Below are positions 51,302 to 64,000 of a stretch of 64,000 nucleotides of DNA, one piece after another; the first letter of the stretch is position 1, and every line of letters begins with the position of its first letter. The DNA comes from the human T2T-CHM13v2.0 reference genome, Homo sapiens. The notes beneath the pieces were generated by a model. That model was not told where the DNA came from. It saw only the letters and a program-made list of their open reading frames with translations, and searched no databases. Where the stretch lies: NCBI RefSeq assembly GCF_009914755.1, contig NC_060926.1; one strand, given 5' to 3'. A program made the translations under genes and the position numbers.

Positions 51302-54300
51302 CTGCAGGAAAGGAGAAGTATCTCCTAGGCTTAGCAAGATGTGGACATTTGCTAAACCACCAATTGAATAGGGGCTAAAAGGGCAGATTCTACACGGAGG
51401 CTCCTGGAGGAGATTGGAGTTTGCCTTCCTCTCAGCCTTACTCACTTGATTCTGCTGAAGAGTGATGGATTATTACAGTGACTGGAGAAAATGAAATTAG
51501 AGTTGGTGGGCATGGTTTTTGCCCCAAAAGTCTAGATTGAGGCCCCAGAAGACTAAGAGGCACCCCTCACTTCCCTAATCCAGCTGTAACAATAATAAAG
51601 GCACTGCTATGATTTTGATTTTGGCATCAACATAGTTTCTAAATGTTTGAACGTGGATGGCGATTGGAAGGAGGGACTGTTACCTACCAACCTTCAACAT
51701 TTAATGTCAGTTCCATAAGGATGGCCATATTTTCCCCTTTTTGTTTACTACTATGTCCCCAGCACTTAGAACAGCATAGGTGCTCAAAACATATTTGTTG
51801 AATAATTCAGATTATTGATCCTGACACTTCCTTTGAGATAAAAACAAGCTTTGTTGTTTGGGGTTCAAACTACATGATGAGTTTGGAGAAGACATTGCTA
51901 GTGGCTTTGGCCTTGGTCAGTTAGATGTGGCTTTTATTATGGCCACACTGCTATTATAGGCATAGATAAAACTGATTTTAGTGAACTAGAGCTGTAATCT
52001 GCAAAATTTAACCTGCTAAACTGTACGAGCAATAGAGAACATCAGTGTATGGTTTTTGATCTTTTGATGGTTGCTATTAGATATTGGGAGGTGGCACTCT
52101 GTCAGCTGCACAGTCTTTGCTAGTCTCTGTCTCATTTTTAATTGCATCCTTAGTTAAGGAGACAACCATTAAGGGAATGACATTATGGGTTTCCATGTAG
52201 TTTATTCACTTATTTCTGGTGTTACTTCCCAACCATACGGCCTAGAGTTGACTTTGAAGTATTCTTTTTATAATCAGAAATCTTCTACTTGTAAGTGACT
52301 CAAACTAGTAAGGTAGTTAACTGATCAGTTCTTTAACTGCATATTTATCTCCCCTCCTTTCTTGTTGATAACCCGTGTTGTTTTCTTGCCCCTAATTCAC
52401 ATTAGATCATCAACAACGTTAAAATAAACTTATTGACCTAAGTGAGAGACAAAGATTCTCAGTTGCAAGCTTATAGAGCTTTTTACATTTTCTCTTCTGA
52501 AGAATAAAGGAAACTGAAGTGGAGGGAAGGACAGGGCAGATATGCATGCTGATGGAAATTGAAGAGAAAGATGGGTGGAAGCATGTAGGGATCTCTGAAA
52601 TGGACGTGCATTCATTTAGGTTTCTGAATAGAAGAGATTCAGGGGACAAACTATCTTTGAGTGTCACACGGGTAAACTCCCTCTCTACCACCCTGTGAAA
52701 AACCCACCATTCAATAGTCCTGGGCCTGAGGACCGTGACTCTTGCTTAAGAAAGCAACAAAAGCATCAACACCTCCGTGAATATTAGAGTATCTCATAGG
52801 CTGGAAAAAAAAGGTCATAGGAACTAGTGCTTCAGAGACTGGAACAGGGGGAATAACACTGTGCTCTTTCTCCATTTATCGATATTCTATTTCGTGTGTG
52901 TGTGTTTATGTTGGCCTTATTTTTTCCATACTACAGATAGACAAGGAATTAGCCTACCTCCTTGCAAGGCTTAGGAAACCCACATTGTTTGGGAAGTGCC
53001 TTCTGATACTGATTGAACAGAAATCTGTCATCCCGTGCCTTCTCCTGTGGTTCTTAGATTTAAGCAAAGAACATCACAGCTCTCGATCCAGGAGAGCAAA
53101 TAAAATATTTGAGGACACCTCTTGAGTCTTTCTGTGGTTTCTCCTCCTCTTCTTCCTCCTTCACCATCACAATGTCCTCACTCCTCTGGCAGAGGGCACA
53201 GGTGGTGTGATGTAAGATGGGCTGGCTGTCTATCTCTTGCTCATGTTCAGTGCCCTTGGAATAGCTGGGAAGCTGATATTTATAAGCACTGTCCAGGATT
53301 ACATTGCATTTTTCATCACCATCTTCCTATAGATTCTTTCTGCACATTTAGCTATTTACAGAACTCACATTCTTTGCAGCCCTTCTCAGAAAACCTATGT
53401 ACTACGTATCCAAGTACATTGTTGCAAGTCTCTCATGGCCATCCTTGAGGCCATTTGTGCTTAGTCATGACCTTGTCAGAGAAAATATTTGCAATGGTGA
53501 ATTTCCCTGGGCTCCTTCTCTTGTGCCCCTGTGCTGTTGTGCATATGCATAAATACATGTGGGGAAAGGCTTGGACAAAATGCAAACCCTCAGACTGTGC
53601 ACCGAGCCCTCCAAGAGGGAGGCAGAGGATACTGGCTAAAAGCTCCTGGGGATACCCTTGGTTATGTTTCATTTCTGCAGCCATCTCCTCCCGAGTGGAT
53701 GCCCTTGTATCATCACATTCCCCTGGAGCCATATTGGCATAAGGGGAAGAGGAGGAAGAATTGAGACAGGGAAATTTCTGAGCAGCCTTTCTATGTTTTT
53801 CCTCTCCATATTCTGTGAGAAGCTTTCCAGTTCCTTGGACCCTTCTTGAAGTTGAGGACTGCCCTGATATAATGCAAGATTCTCCCTGACACACTTTGGT
53901 ATTAATGGGAAGATGCTAATACATGAAATGAAAATTAATTTGCTTCAACAGTGCATTCTGAGAAACTGCTAAGAGGGAGGGAAGATTTGGTATCTAAAGG
54001 GAGTGCATAAATGAAAGAGACAAATTTCTGCCTCTATGTACCTAGAATTTGGTTGACGAGAAGAGAGCAAATGGGCCAAGACAAGGAGAAGAAGCTATAG
54101 CACAAAGCCTAAGAAAATAAATGTTCCATGAGAAGGCAAAAATGCTATGGACCTCGCAGAAGATAAGATGTTGCCTACGGTTGGGAAGATGAGGAGAGTC
54201 CCGTAAAACAGCTGGAAGGGATTTAGGATGTTAGTAAGACATAGGCAGCAATGGAAGTGTTTGAGATGTGTGCAAAGGCATGAGCAGGAACATAGAGGGA

Positions 54301-54358
54301 AGAAATCCAACGTGTTGGAGGTGGCTAGTTGAGAAAAGAAGTTGGTTTTGATAGAATC

Positions 54359-54920
54359 TGTCTTAGCTAGGTTTATACCAGAAAGCAGAGACTGAGACAA
54401 GGGTTTGCATGCAAGATGATGACAAGTGACCCTAGGGAACATGAGAAGGGACTGGGGAAATTGAAACAGGGAAGTGAGAGAAGTCAATTCAGGATGTATT
54501 CTTGAACTTAGACCTGTCATGGGTGATTATGTCTCAATACTGCTGGGATCCTCTGAGGAACCATGAAGAATGAACGCATCTCAGAATTGTCCACCTGTGG
54601 GATGGATAAGAGAATTTGCTCCTCACCCACTCCTATTCCCCATTGGTCAAGGGTTCCCATGAAGCAGCTCTCTCTCACATCCAGGTTTATGCATGTGTGA
54701 ATTCCAACTAGTTTCCAGCAAGTGTCCTTCCCTATGTTATCTTGGGAGCCCTGAAGCTGGAAGAGAGAAATGTTCAATGTTGCTGAGATAATACACTGCC
54801 AGGTTACACTGTCTCAAAGTTGGTTGCACGGCAATGACTGGAGTAAAAGGCCTGCTTACAGCATGTAAGGTGGGGTTCAGGAGTATCCCAAAGAGAATGC
54901 GGGGCACTGAAGCAATAAGA
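54359..54920. mobile_element. ERVL/MaLR-type (MLT1-like) LTR hosting an IL36B alternative exon
   Basis: tgtcttagctaggttt..ccagaaagcagagactgagacaagg start and ...gcggggcactgaagca end resemble old MLT1-type LTR termini. Confidence 0.6.
54627..54756 (-). CDS. IL36B: IL-36 beta 164-aa isoform, alternative exon (130 nt)
   Basis: tctcttccag acceptor, LQGSQDNIGKDTCWKLVGIHTCINLDVRESCFMGTLDQWGIGV, GTGAGG donor. Matches the recalled isoform 1. Confidence 0.88.
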
Positions 54921-55434
54921 GATAATGCCAGAAGCATAGTTTTGGGGACAAATTATGCCTGGCTGAGAAATTGGAACTTAGCAGTGGGTACCCATTGCAA
55001 GACCCAATATGCCTGCTTGTCATGTGCAAAGAAGGACAAGTTCTCTTGAGAGAAGACAGCCTGTTATGCTCATGTTCATGCTCAGGATATTATGGTATAT
55101 TTATTGCAGTATACATGTACTTGGTTAGTGGATTTGCAGATTATATTACAAACTTTAATTAAAATAACTCTCACAAAATGGACAACTGGCTTAAAAGTAT
55201 CCCTATAGAGGAGTGGTAGATTGAATGTACACTAACAAAATTCCAGAAAATATGAATAATAACAAGGAAGTATCATAGCTGATGCTTCTTCTTCCAGCAA
55301 CTTTATAAAGTAAAAACAAAAAAACATTCAGTTCTAGAAGTTGTCTGAAAGAAATTAAAGCCAATATAAATGATTTTTTAAAATATGGATTGGTTTACAT
55401 TCACCATGGTTAGCAATTGATCTTAACCAAAGTA

Positions 55435-55911
55435 CAGTTGACCCTTGAACAGCATGGGGGTAGCAGTACAGTCAAAAATTCATGTATAACTGTTGACTTC
55501 AGAAAAACTTAACTAATAACCTGCTGTTGACCAGAAGCCTTGCCAATAACATAAACAGTCATTTAACACATTTTGTATGTTATATGTATTATATAATGTA
55601 TTCTTACAATGAAGTAGGCTAGAGGAAAGAAAATACTATTAAGAAACTCGTAAGGAAGAGAAAACATATTTATTATTCATTAAGTGGGAGTGGATCATCA
55701 TAACAATCTATCCTCATTATCTTCACATTGACTGAGGAGAAGAAAGAGGAGGGATTGTTTTTGCTGTCTCAGGGGTGGAGAGGCAGAAGAGGTGGAGGAG
55801 TTAGAGGGGGAGGCAGGAGAAGCAGGGACATTTGGTGTAACTTTTATTGAAAAAAATCAGTGTTTAAGTGGACCTGTGCAGTTCAAAATCGTGTTGTTCA
55901 AGGGTTAAGTG
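55435..55911. mobile_element. Tigger2a/MER28-like DNA transposon
   Basis: TA-flanked TIRs cagttgacccttgaaca ... tgttcaagggttaagtg. Confidence 0.85.
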
Positions 55912-56039
55912 TATACACTGTGTGTCAAATTATTAACGAATGACATTAAGAATTCATTAGGATTAGGAAGACATGCAAACCTTTAATTTCACATTCATCT
56001 CATTCTTCAGCTTTATCTTTGGGGCACATATTATAATGT

Positions 56040-56045
56040 TTTATT
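56040..56045 (-). terminator. IL36B: Polyadenylation signal for the proximal IL36B isoform
   Basis: AATAAA on -, about 380 nt after the 56427 stop. Confidence 0.55.
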
Positions 56046-56426
56046 GAAGAAGTTGTATGAACAAAATGTCATGAATCCACATCTCTACATCATGGGTTGG
56101 CAAAAGGAATAGGAATGGAAGGTTGCATGAAGCAGCATTTGGGGGGTTAACTAAACTGGGCATGGCAGCTGAGTGGATGGTGGGGTAAGATCAAGAAAGA
56201 ATGGAAAGTGATTTTTAGGTTTCATCTTGGGATAGTGACATTCGAGTGAGGGTCTTGGTACAGAAATGGATGTTTGGAGGAGGAGGTGGCTTTTGGATAG
56301 TAAGAATGAGGTAAGCTATGGATGGGCTGAACTGCTAGTGAACTCAGTCGCATAATGATCTGTTAAGATGACTCTGACAGCTTGATTCTCTATCCTGGAA
56401 CCAGCCACCCACAGCCTAGGCTGGAT

Positions 56427-56639
56427 TTATTCCACAGAATCTAAGTAGAAGTTAGTGTTATTAGTTATGCCTCTCTCCTTGGTGAGAAAGATGGGCTGTC
56501 CTGATGTGGTGGAGGTGGCTATGAACCAGCCAGGGTAAGAGACTGACTGAAAGACAGAAGTGGAGCCTTCTTTATTGTGGAAAAAGAGAAAGGGCTTCTG
56601 TGCTTTCTTCTCCACATACAGGTCCATGATATTTTTTTC
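56427..56639 (-). CDS. IL36B: IL-36 beta 157-aa isoform, last exon
   Basis: cccccag acceptor, EKNIMDLYVEKKAQKPFLFF...FQSVSYPGWFI...FYLDSVE*. 13+108+140+213=474 nt = 157 aa + stop. Confidence 0.97.
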   Translation of the reverse strand, partial: EKNIMDLYVEKKAQKPFLFFHNKEGSTSVFQSVSYPGWFIATSTTSGQPIFLTKERGITNNTNFYLDSVE

Positions 56640-57462
56640 CTGGGGGTGGAAAAGAGGCTTGTTAGAGAGGAGGGTAGGAGGAGGAAGCTAAAGTAACTCA
56701 GCTCTGAGTGTGTAACAGGAGAGGGACTGCTGCCCCCAAAGGAAGGGACAGAGGCTAGGGACAAAGGCAGATGAAGCAGGGCATTAGACTGTTAAAAACG
56801 GGAACTCACTGGGTTCCCATAGCCTGGCTCCACCCCAGGATCCTCTGACACAAGGTGCTCTGACTCTTTGAAGCATCACTGTCTTCCCTGGAACAGAGGG
56901 AGGTTGAAATCTCTTTCTTGGTGCTTTTGATATGCATTTGTCTGCAGGTTCAGGCCAGTCTTGCTGCATTCTCAACCTCCAAGTGGGCTTATGCATTACA
57001 ATTTCCAACAATAGCAGAAGAATTAGCTTCATAACTACAATGTTGCCTTGGTAAGAGTTATGTGTTTATGGTACACAGACCATAACCACATTCAAAATCT
57101 TTTTGTCTCCTCTGCTGTGCAGTCACCTTTGGTGTAGTGAGAGCATCCCGTTGTCTTAGAGGATTTCCAGAATGCAGTTAAACAGGACCGAGAATGGAGA
57201 AAATACTGTTCTTTGGCTTTTCTGAAACATTCCTGTAAGTGTATTTTCTATCTTTCAGAGGATCTATGCTCTGACATTAAAAGAAGTGTTATATCCATTC
57301 CAAAGGCAGCATTTATAGATTCAGGGATCAGCCAGGTCAGAATTATTTCCTTACATTGAATAGTCCAGGGTTGCAAGCATATTATTTTTATTCAGTAACA
57401 TAGTAAATGAAATAGAAAGTCCATATGACAGTACTTCTCTCGTTAGCTGCACAATCACTCAC

Positions 57463-57602
57463 CTTAAGCTGCAAAGTAGGCTTGCCCTGAATTTCTGCAC
57501 AGAAGAGACAGAGATCTTTTCCCTTGATTCCCAGGTAAACCATATTACCCTTTTCCTTGTCACTGAATTCTGTGTCTCTACAGGCTATTAAATGAAGAGT
57601 GA
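57463..57602 (-). CDS. IL36B: IL-36 beta, coding exon 3 (140 nt)
   Basis: tttccag acceptor, VTLHLIACRDTEFSDKEKGNMVYLGIKGKDLCLFCAEIQGKPTLQLK, GTGAGT donor. Confidence 0.97.
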
Positions 57603-57939
57603 CTGGAAACACAAAGGAAAATGGAGAAGATGTTTCAGTCTTTCTGGTCTGACACTCAGTTACTCCCCCCAGGTAGGGAATAGTGACAGGCTCCTCCCAT
57701 TAGCCATGTGGCAGAGACCCTCCATCACCCTCCTCAAACCTATTTTGTTTTTCGTCCTTAATAACAGAACCCCAGTTGTGACCAGGACATGTTGCTTCCC
57801 AAAAAGAAGTAAAATTTCCTACCACACTTGCAGCAAAATGTGGTCATATGCTTAAGATGTGGCCCATGAGATAAAAGTGGGGAGCTTCTATCTCATGGGC
57901 CACAATATGAGATGGGATGGGGGCTACCCAAATAAAGTG

Positions 57940-59000
57940 AGAGGTGGGTAGTGAGAATGTGATGGCAGTGGTCCAGGCAAGAGATGATGTTATCTTAGAA
58001 ATCAGGCATGTTTTGCACGTAGACCTACCAATCTTTGCTAATAGATTGGATGGAGAGTGAGGGAAAGGAGGAATCAAGGATGTCTCCTGTATTTCCGGCT
58101 CGAGGAAATGGAGTGGACAGAAGTGCCACCAACAGAGAATGTTAGCGGTTTTGAGAAGACAGATCAATAGTCCCACTTGGGATACATGAAGTTAGAGGTA
58201 TCTGAGAGGACCTCAAGAGGACACGGGTAAACTATTGAGAGAGGAGATCTGTGTTGGAAGTGTAAACGGCAGAGTGAATGAGTGTAGGGGTGATTCATCA
58301 ATCCAAAAGATCAGCTCATTACCCATTCACAGGGCTTGTAAATGATGACTGGCTGAGCCCTGAGGAACGCCATCATTTGGAGATTTCAGAGACAAAGGAG
58401 AGTCATAAAAGAAAATGCAAAAGAGGAGCCAGCAAACCTCATGAGAAGTAATATTCTAATAGAAGGAGAAGATGGGCCAGGTGCGGTGGCTCACGCCTGT
58501 AATCCCAGCACTTTGGGAGGCTGAGGTGGGCGGATCACGAGGTCAGGGGTTCGAGACCAGCCTGACCAATGTGGTGAAACCCCATCTCTATTAAAAATAC
58601 AAAAATTAGCTAGGCACAGTGGTGGGCACCTGTAATCCCAGCTACTCAGGAGTCTGAGGCAGGAGAATTGCTTGAAACCTGGGAGGTGGAGGTTACAGAG
58701 AGCTGAGATCGTGCCATTGCACTCCAGCCTGGGTGACAGAGTGAGACTCCGTTTAAAAAAAAAAAAGGGAGAAGATGTAGAGTATTCAAGAAGGAAATGG
58801 TCCATTACACTAGTGAGCTAAGGGCCAAATAGCATGGGGACCAAGAAGTGTCCTTTGGGTTTGAGTATTTGAAGGTCATGGGTGAAATAGAAGGTTGGGG
58901 GGGAGTAGGAAGAGTAATCCAGATGTTAGACTGCAAATTATGCAGCCAGCTCTCGTGAAGTTTTGCTATGATTGGCACAAGAAAATGTGTTAGTAGGAGG
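57940..59000 (-). mobile_element. L2 fragment in IL36B intron
   Basis: gcagtggtccaggcaagagatga and aaaggaggaatcaaggatg motifs. Confidence 0.6.
58474..58766 (+). mobile_element. AluS
   Basis: Full dimer with A tail; TSD ggagaagatg. Confidence 0.95.
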
Positions 59001-59571
59001 AAAATGTGGGAATCAAGAGAAGGTTGCAGCATGTCTGACAATGATAGAAAGGGTCCAGTAAACAAAGGTGGAATTTGCAGGGAAGCGAGGAATTAAACAT
59101 TGAAGTTCTGGATACAGGGAAAGAAGCTGAGATGGACTGACTTTTGATGGGAGAAAGGAATATTTCCCCATTATTAGAAAAGAGGATGCCAACTTAGAAA
59201 GCTGTGTAGGTTTGGTGGTGGAAAGATGACGGAGTTTGAATCTGAGGACACAGGTAGCAATGGTTGGAACCTGAAGGAGAGAAACTCCAAGGAGAAGGTT
59301 AGCTGTTGTTTGAATGGATAAGCCCTTCTAATCTGAAGATATTTTCTTTTGGTAAGAGGAGCTGTCAACCCTTCACACCCTCATTTCTAGATATGGGATT
59401 TCCTTTGTGGAAGGGAATCATAGTGTCCTTTCTCACTTGACCTTCCTGTGGCTGTTGGGCTGGTGCCTAGAAGTGGGTGAGGTCCAGGGCCAGGCTTATG
59501 CAAGCTCAGCCTCATTCCTGGTGAAGATGGCATCACCTCAAGAAGCAACAGTGGGTTTGATTGTCACTCAC

Positions 59572-59679
59572 CAGGCTTAATGCTGCGGCTAAGAGGAGCT
59601 GCTATTAAAGAATTTCCACTCAGGACCCACACCATCTGTCGAGAATCACGAATAGCATAGGATTTGGGTGCTGCCTCCC
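59572..59679 (-). CDS. IL36B: IL-36 beta, coding exon 2 (108 nt)
   Basis: tctggcag acceptor, (R)EAAPKSYAIRDSRQMVWVLSGNSLIAAPLSRSIKP, GTGAGT donor. Confidence 0.96.
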
Positions 59680-60220
59680 CTGCCAGATGACAAAAATGCA
59701 CAAAATACACGTGAGGTTATCAACTTCAGGACTCCAGTTGCATCCTGGTATTAATGGCTTTTGAGTTTCTGGAGAGAGTCTCATTGCTCTGAGAAGTAGT
59801 GGCTATAACGATAAATGGAGGGGAAATAGGGCAGGGACTAGTTTGTGAATCAAAGCATTTGAAAGGATCTACGTGCAGTCACAGTCCCAAGATTCACCTT
59901 TTTCTAGGGCTATTAGTGACTTGTCTTTTTCCGAATGATAAAATGTCTAGGTGGTAAAAAAAACCCCATAATATTTAAATTAGTTATCCATATGTTGTTT
60001 TTTAAAATCCTCTCATCAAAATAAACAAGCAATTCTAAATACAGATAATAATAAAAGAGCTAGGTGCCCCGAGATTTTCAAAGGCCGTTTTAGGAACTGA
60101 GTGTTTTAGCAAGAGCAAATACATTTATAGCTTAGCAAATGATAGGGGTCCTTCCATCCTATTGTCTTTGATGAGGTCAGATGGAGATATTTCCAAGCTG
60201 ATTTGCAATTCACCACTTAC

Positions 60221-60233
60221 GTTGTGGGTTCAT
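60221..60233 (-). CDS. IL36B: IL-36 beta, coding exon 1 (exon spans 60221-60290)
   Basis: gacatcATG AAC CCA CAA C|GTAAGT. The acceptor ttaacag at 60291 implies a further upstream non-coding exon that I could not place in this window. Confidence 0.94.
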
Positions 60234-60644
60234 GATGTCTTCAGAGCCTTTTGTGAAGAGAATAAGATAGATCAGATGGTGGTGAGGAGGCTGTTAACAG
60301 TTGGCCATGTGAGAGAAGGAGAGAAGAAACATGTTATGCTTTTTTCTCCTCTCCCCCTAAAATTTTACTGTAAAAATTCTTTAGAGAGAGCTGCCCTGAG
60401 AGCCTCTCCTAGATGCATATTTGAGAATAAGGATGGGTACAGGACATTTCAAGGCCAGAAAACCCTAAAAGGAAGCTCCCATCTCTGCTGTGGCTGGCAC
60501 AGTCCTGCTTCTCTAGGCTGTGATGGTCTTGGTATGCTTTCCATTAATCACATCTGGGATTGTTAGGAGGTTCCAACACATCACCACAGGCACCTTCTAG
60601 TACTCTGAGTCTCTGGGTTGAGAGGAAGGAGGGAGAGACAGAGT

Positions 60645-60652
60645 GCGTGTGT

Positions 60653-60700
<48 letters not shown>
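60645..60700. repeat. (TG)n microsatellite upstream of the IL36B ATG exon
   Basis: About 21 uninterrupted TG units plus an interrupted lead-in. Confidence 0.95.
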
Positions 60701-60702
<2 letters not shown>

Positions 60703-61738
60703 CTCCATTTTAGCCCTCCACACAGCAGGTTAATCACCACTTTTCCTGACTTGAAGCTGAACACTCCTAAGTAATTTGTAGCTAACCTGCCTCACTGAGC
60801 CCATCTTCTTCCATTCCTCATCCAAAGAGACATCTGTAAGGATCATGCACATGGCCACTGAGGGCCCCACAAGGTGCTTTGACTATTAGGGATCATCTGC
60901 CTCTGGTTTTCTAGTTAGGGCACCAGAACAGTCCCCAAGAATATCACAGACACTCCACAATGAGAACCAGTTGTTCACAACCCTCCTTCTCTCAGGATCC
61001 TTGATGTGTGATTCAATAGTTGTCCCTACACAGTGGATAAGCAGATCACCAACCTGCACCCTTGTAAGCAGCCCTGGATCCTTCAGTACTCTGTACCTTT
61101 GACAAGACTCCCAGAGGCACTTCGAGGCTAAACACAGAGACATGAAAGAAGTTCCCCATACCTGGGTTCTAAGCAGCAGAAGTTACCTTTAGCAAGAGAT
61201 GCTTTTGTCCTTGGTTTCAAAGTCAAGGCTCTAGTTGCATGTAAGTGGTCTAGCTGCATGAAAAGCTGGTCCAGGACTCCCAGGCCCCTTAATGACCAAG
61301 GAAAGAGCATTCTTTCCTGCCCCTGGGTGTGTTCATTTTGGAAAGAAAGCTGATATGGCCCAAAGATCTCTTGAGGCTCTGGAGGACTGACAGTGGAGCA
61401 ACACAAGCATGACTGGTCTGTGCTTCCTGATTAACAAGAGCAGAGGCAACATCAGAAAACAGCAATGAGGAAATGCGGATTAGGCCAGATGCTGAGTTGA
61501 GGAGAATGCCTTTACTGGTCTTCCTTGGAGGCAGAGGTGTGTCTCCCTTGGAGGCAGAGGTGTGGCTCTCTTGACCCACTAAACTGCATGAAGCCATTGC
61601 TGTGTTTGCATCTGATGTTAGGCCAATCACAGTACTCCTTGCAGGAGTTTTACACACCCACCATGTCACATTTATATGGTACAAATATTGAGAGCTTATT
61701 CTGTTTCTGCTAAAGTTGTAAGAGCTTTACCTGAGTAA

Positions 61739-62068
<330 letters not shown>

Positions 62069-64000
62069 CACACACAACTCTTTAGGGGCCATTAATTTTA
62101 TTTCTCATGTAAGAAAACAGCGGCTCTGAGGGATGACAGAATGTATCCAAAGTCATACAGCTACTAAGAAATCTAGCCAAGTTAGAAGCCAAGTCTCTCT
62201 ATTCTTAATGATTATGTGACATGCCTCCCCTGGGTCATAGTCTCCTGCATACTGCACTAGCCGGAACACAGTCTTGCATTCAGTTGAGGATACTGAAAAA
62301 TCTATAATGTGTCCAGGAGAGGAGAGGAGAGAACTTGGAGGTCTTGTGGCTTTCTAACTCTGAATTAGGAGTCAGACGCGGCTTCAATGTTGGCTATGAA
62401 AGAAAATCATTACTCTTGAAACCGAATATTATTGCTCAGTCCTACTCCCAATCACTCTTTGTGGTTCTGCTCTTGGAAATCCACCATTGACTCTATCTTC
62501 TGGAGCATTGCAATAGTCTCCTTGCTTCTGTTCTTACCTCCCTAGAGTCAGATGTCCACCTAGCAGTGACCAGAATCAAAGATGTAAATAAAGTCGTATG
62601 ACTCTCTTGCACAGAACCCTCTAATAGCTTTGCTTTATGCCCCAAATAACCAAAGCCCTCACCAAGCCCACATGATCTGGGTCCTCTTTATCTTTCTGCT
62701 GCCTTCTATCCCTGCCCATCTGACTTCCCTGCTCTGGATGTACTGGATTCTGCTGATTTTCTTGCCCTGCAAGCTTATCTTCGCCTGCAGGGAGTTTTTC
62801 CTGTTCCTCTGAAGGAACAGCCTTCCCCAGGTCAACAAGTGGTCCACTCCCTCGCTTCTTCCATGCATATGCAAAAAAGCCAACTTCTCAATAAGGTATT
62901 CCCCAGCCAGCCTAACTCCAAGAGTCCCTCACCCATGTCCTAGCCCCTTATTTTGCTCAACTATTTTCTTCATAAAATGTATGCTTCCATGGTTTTGGAA
63001 AACGTATTTATCCATCTATTTATTTATTTATTTATTATCTCCACTACCAAAATGCCAGTTCTGTGGGGCCAGGGAACCTGTTTTGTCTTGAGGCCAGAGA
63101 ACTATGTGCTCAGTGGCAGGAATGGTGCGGACCTCTTATGGGAACTAACAAATATTTTTTGATAAACAAATAAATGTATGTAGTATCTCATGAATAAGAG
63201 GAAGACAGGGAAGAGAAAAGGGGAGTGGGATGCTTTGTAGGAAAGGCATCACTTGTGGTGAGAGGTGAGTTCTTGACCTCCTCATGGAGAAGGGCCAGGG
63301 GATGCTCTCCTATCGCCAGGATGGAGCCTCCCAAGAGAATCACTCAAACAGTCAGTGGGACTGGCAGCTTTGCCCTCATCTGGATGACTGGCACACCTAG
63401 AGACCCACAGGCTCACCTTGGCTCCTTGGCCAGGGCAGTGTGTGGTGAGGGAGTTCAGGGAGACCCTGATGTGATTTTACTGAAGTGTGGTGTACTCTAG
63501 AGATACAGACAAGGCTCTAACCTTCCCAGCACCAGCAGAGCCTAAAGAAACTATGGGGTCACATTCCTTGGAAGAACTTGGCAGAAACTCCCACCCCAAC
63601 TCAGAACTTTTAGACATTTAAAGTGTGGAAGACTGAAGGCTCTCATGACTCCATGCAAAGAAGCCAGTGGTTGGCAGAAGGGTTGGAACCATGAGATTTT
63701 CCCCAAGGGATCAATGGGTCAAGTGATAGGATGTCCAACCATGAAAAGAATTTGAATCTGGGATCTATTCAGGTCCTGAGAGTGCTTAATGATGAAGACA
63801 GACAGGGTGACACTGATGGTCAGTCACCCTGTCCAAGAAACTACACACACGGTGTACTGAAATAAAATGAAATCAGACTGTACCAGAAACTGTGGGAACC
63901 CCTCCCTCTGCAAACCCAAAGCCAGTGCTGCAAGAACTCTGCCTTTCCTGTGCTTTTTCTTGGCCCCTAACATCTCAGCACTGGTAGGGGTACATGATCC

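Overview
This is primate (almost certainly human) genomic DNA from the IL-1 family cytokine cluster, known to lie at 2q14. It holds three paralogous multi-exon genes whose spliced CDSs I could rebuild by hand from GT-AG junctions. IL36G (+, 7169-13579) gives 169 aa. IL36A (+, 34401-36573) gives 158 aa and carries Arg at residue 12. IL36B (-, starting at 60233) has two alternative 3' ends: a canonical 157-aa form ending at 56427 and a 164-aa form ending at 51198 whose first private exon appears to be an exonised LTR. There are two processed pseudogenes: HMGN2, antisense inside IL36G intron 4, and POLR2D, between IL36G and IL36A. The rest is dense in L1, L2, Alu, ERVL/MaLR LTR and DNA-transposon remnants, microsatellites, a perfect 30-bp VNTR and several short local duplications. 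I see no evidence of a wholly new biological system. The best leads are a cryptic upstream exon in phase with IL36A, a spliced IL36A 3' UTR containing a twin-primed L1 with a perfect 44-bp inverted repeat, the LTR-derived IL36B exon, and an orphan ~730-bp insert replacing part of an L1. Repeat subfamily names come from recalled consensus motifs and need RepeatMasker confirmation.
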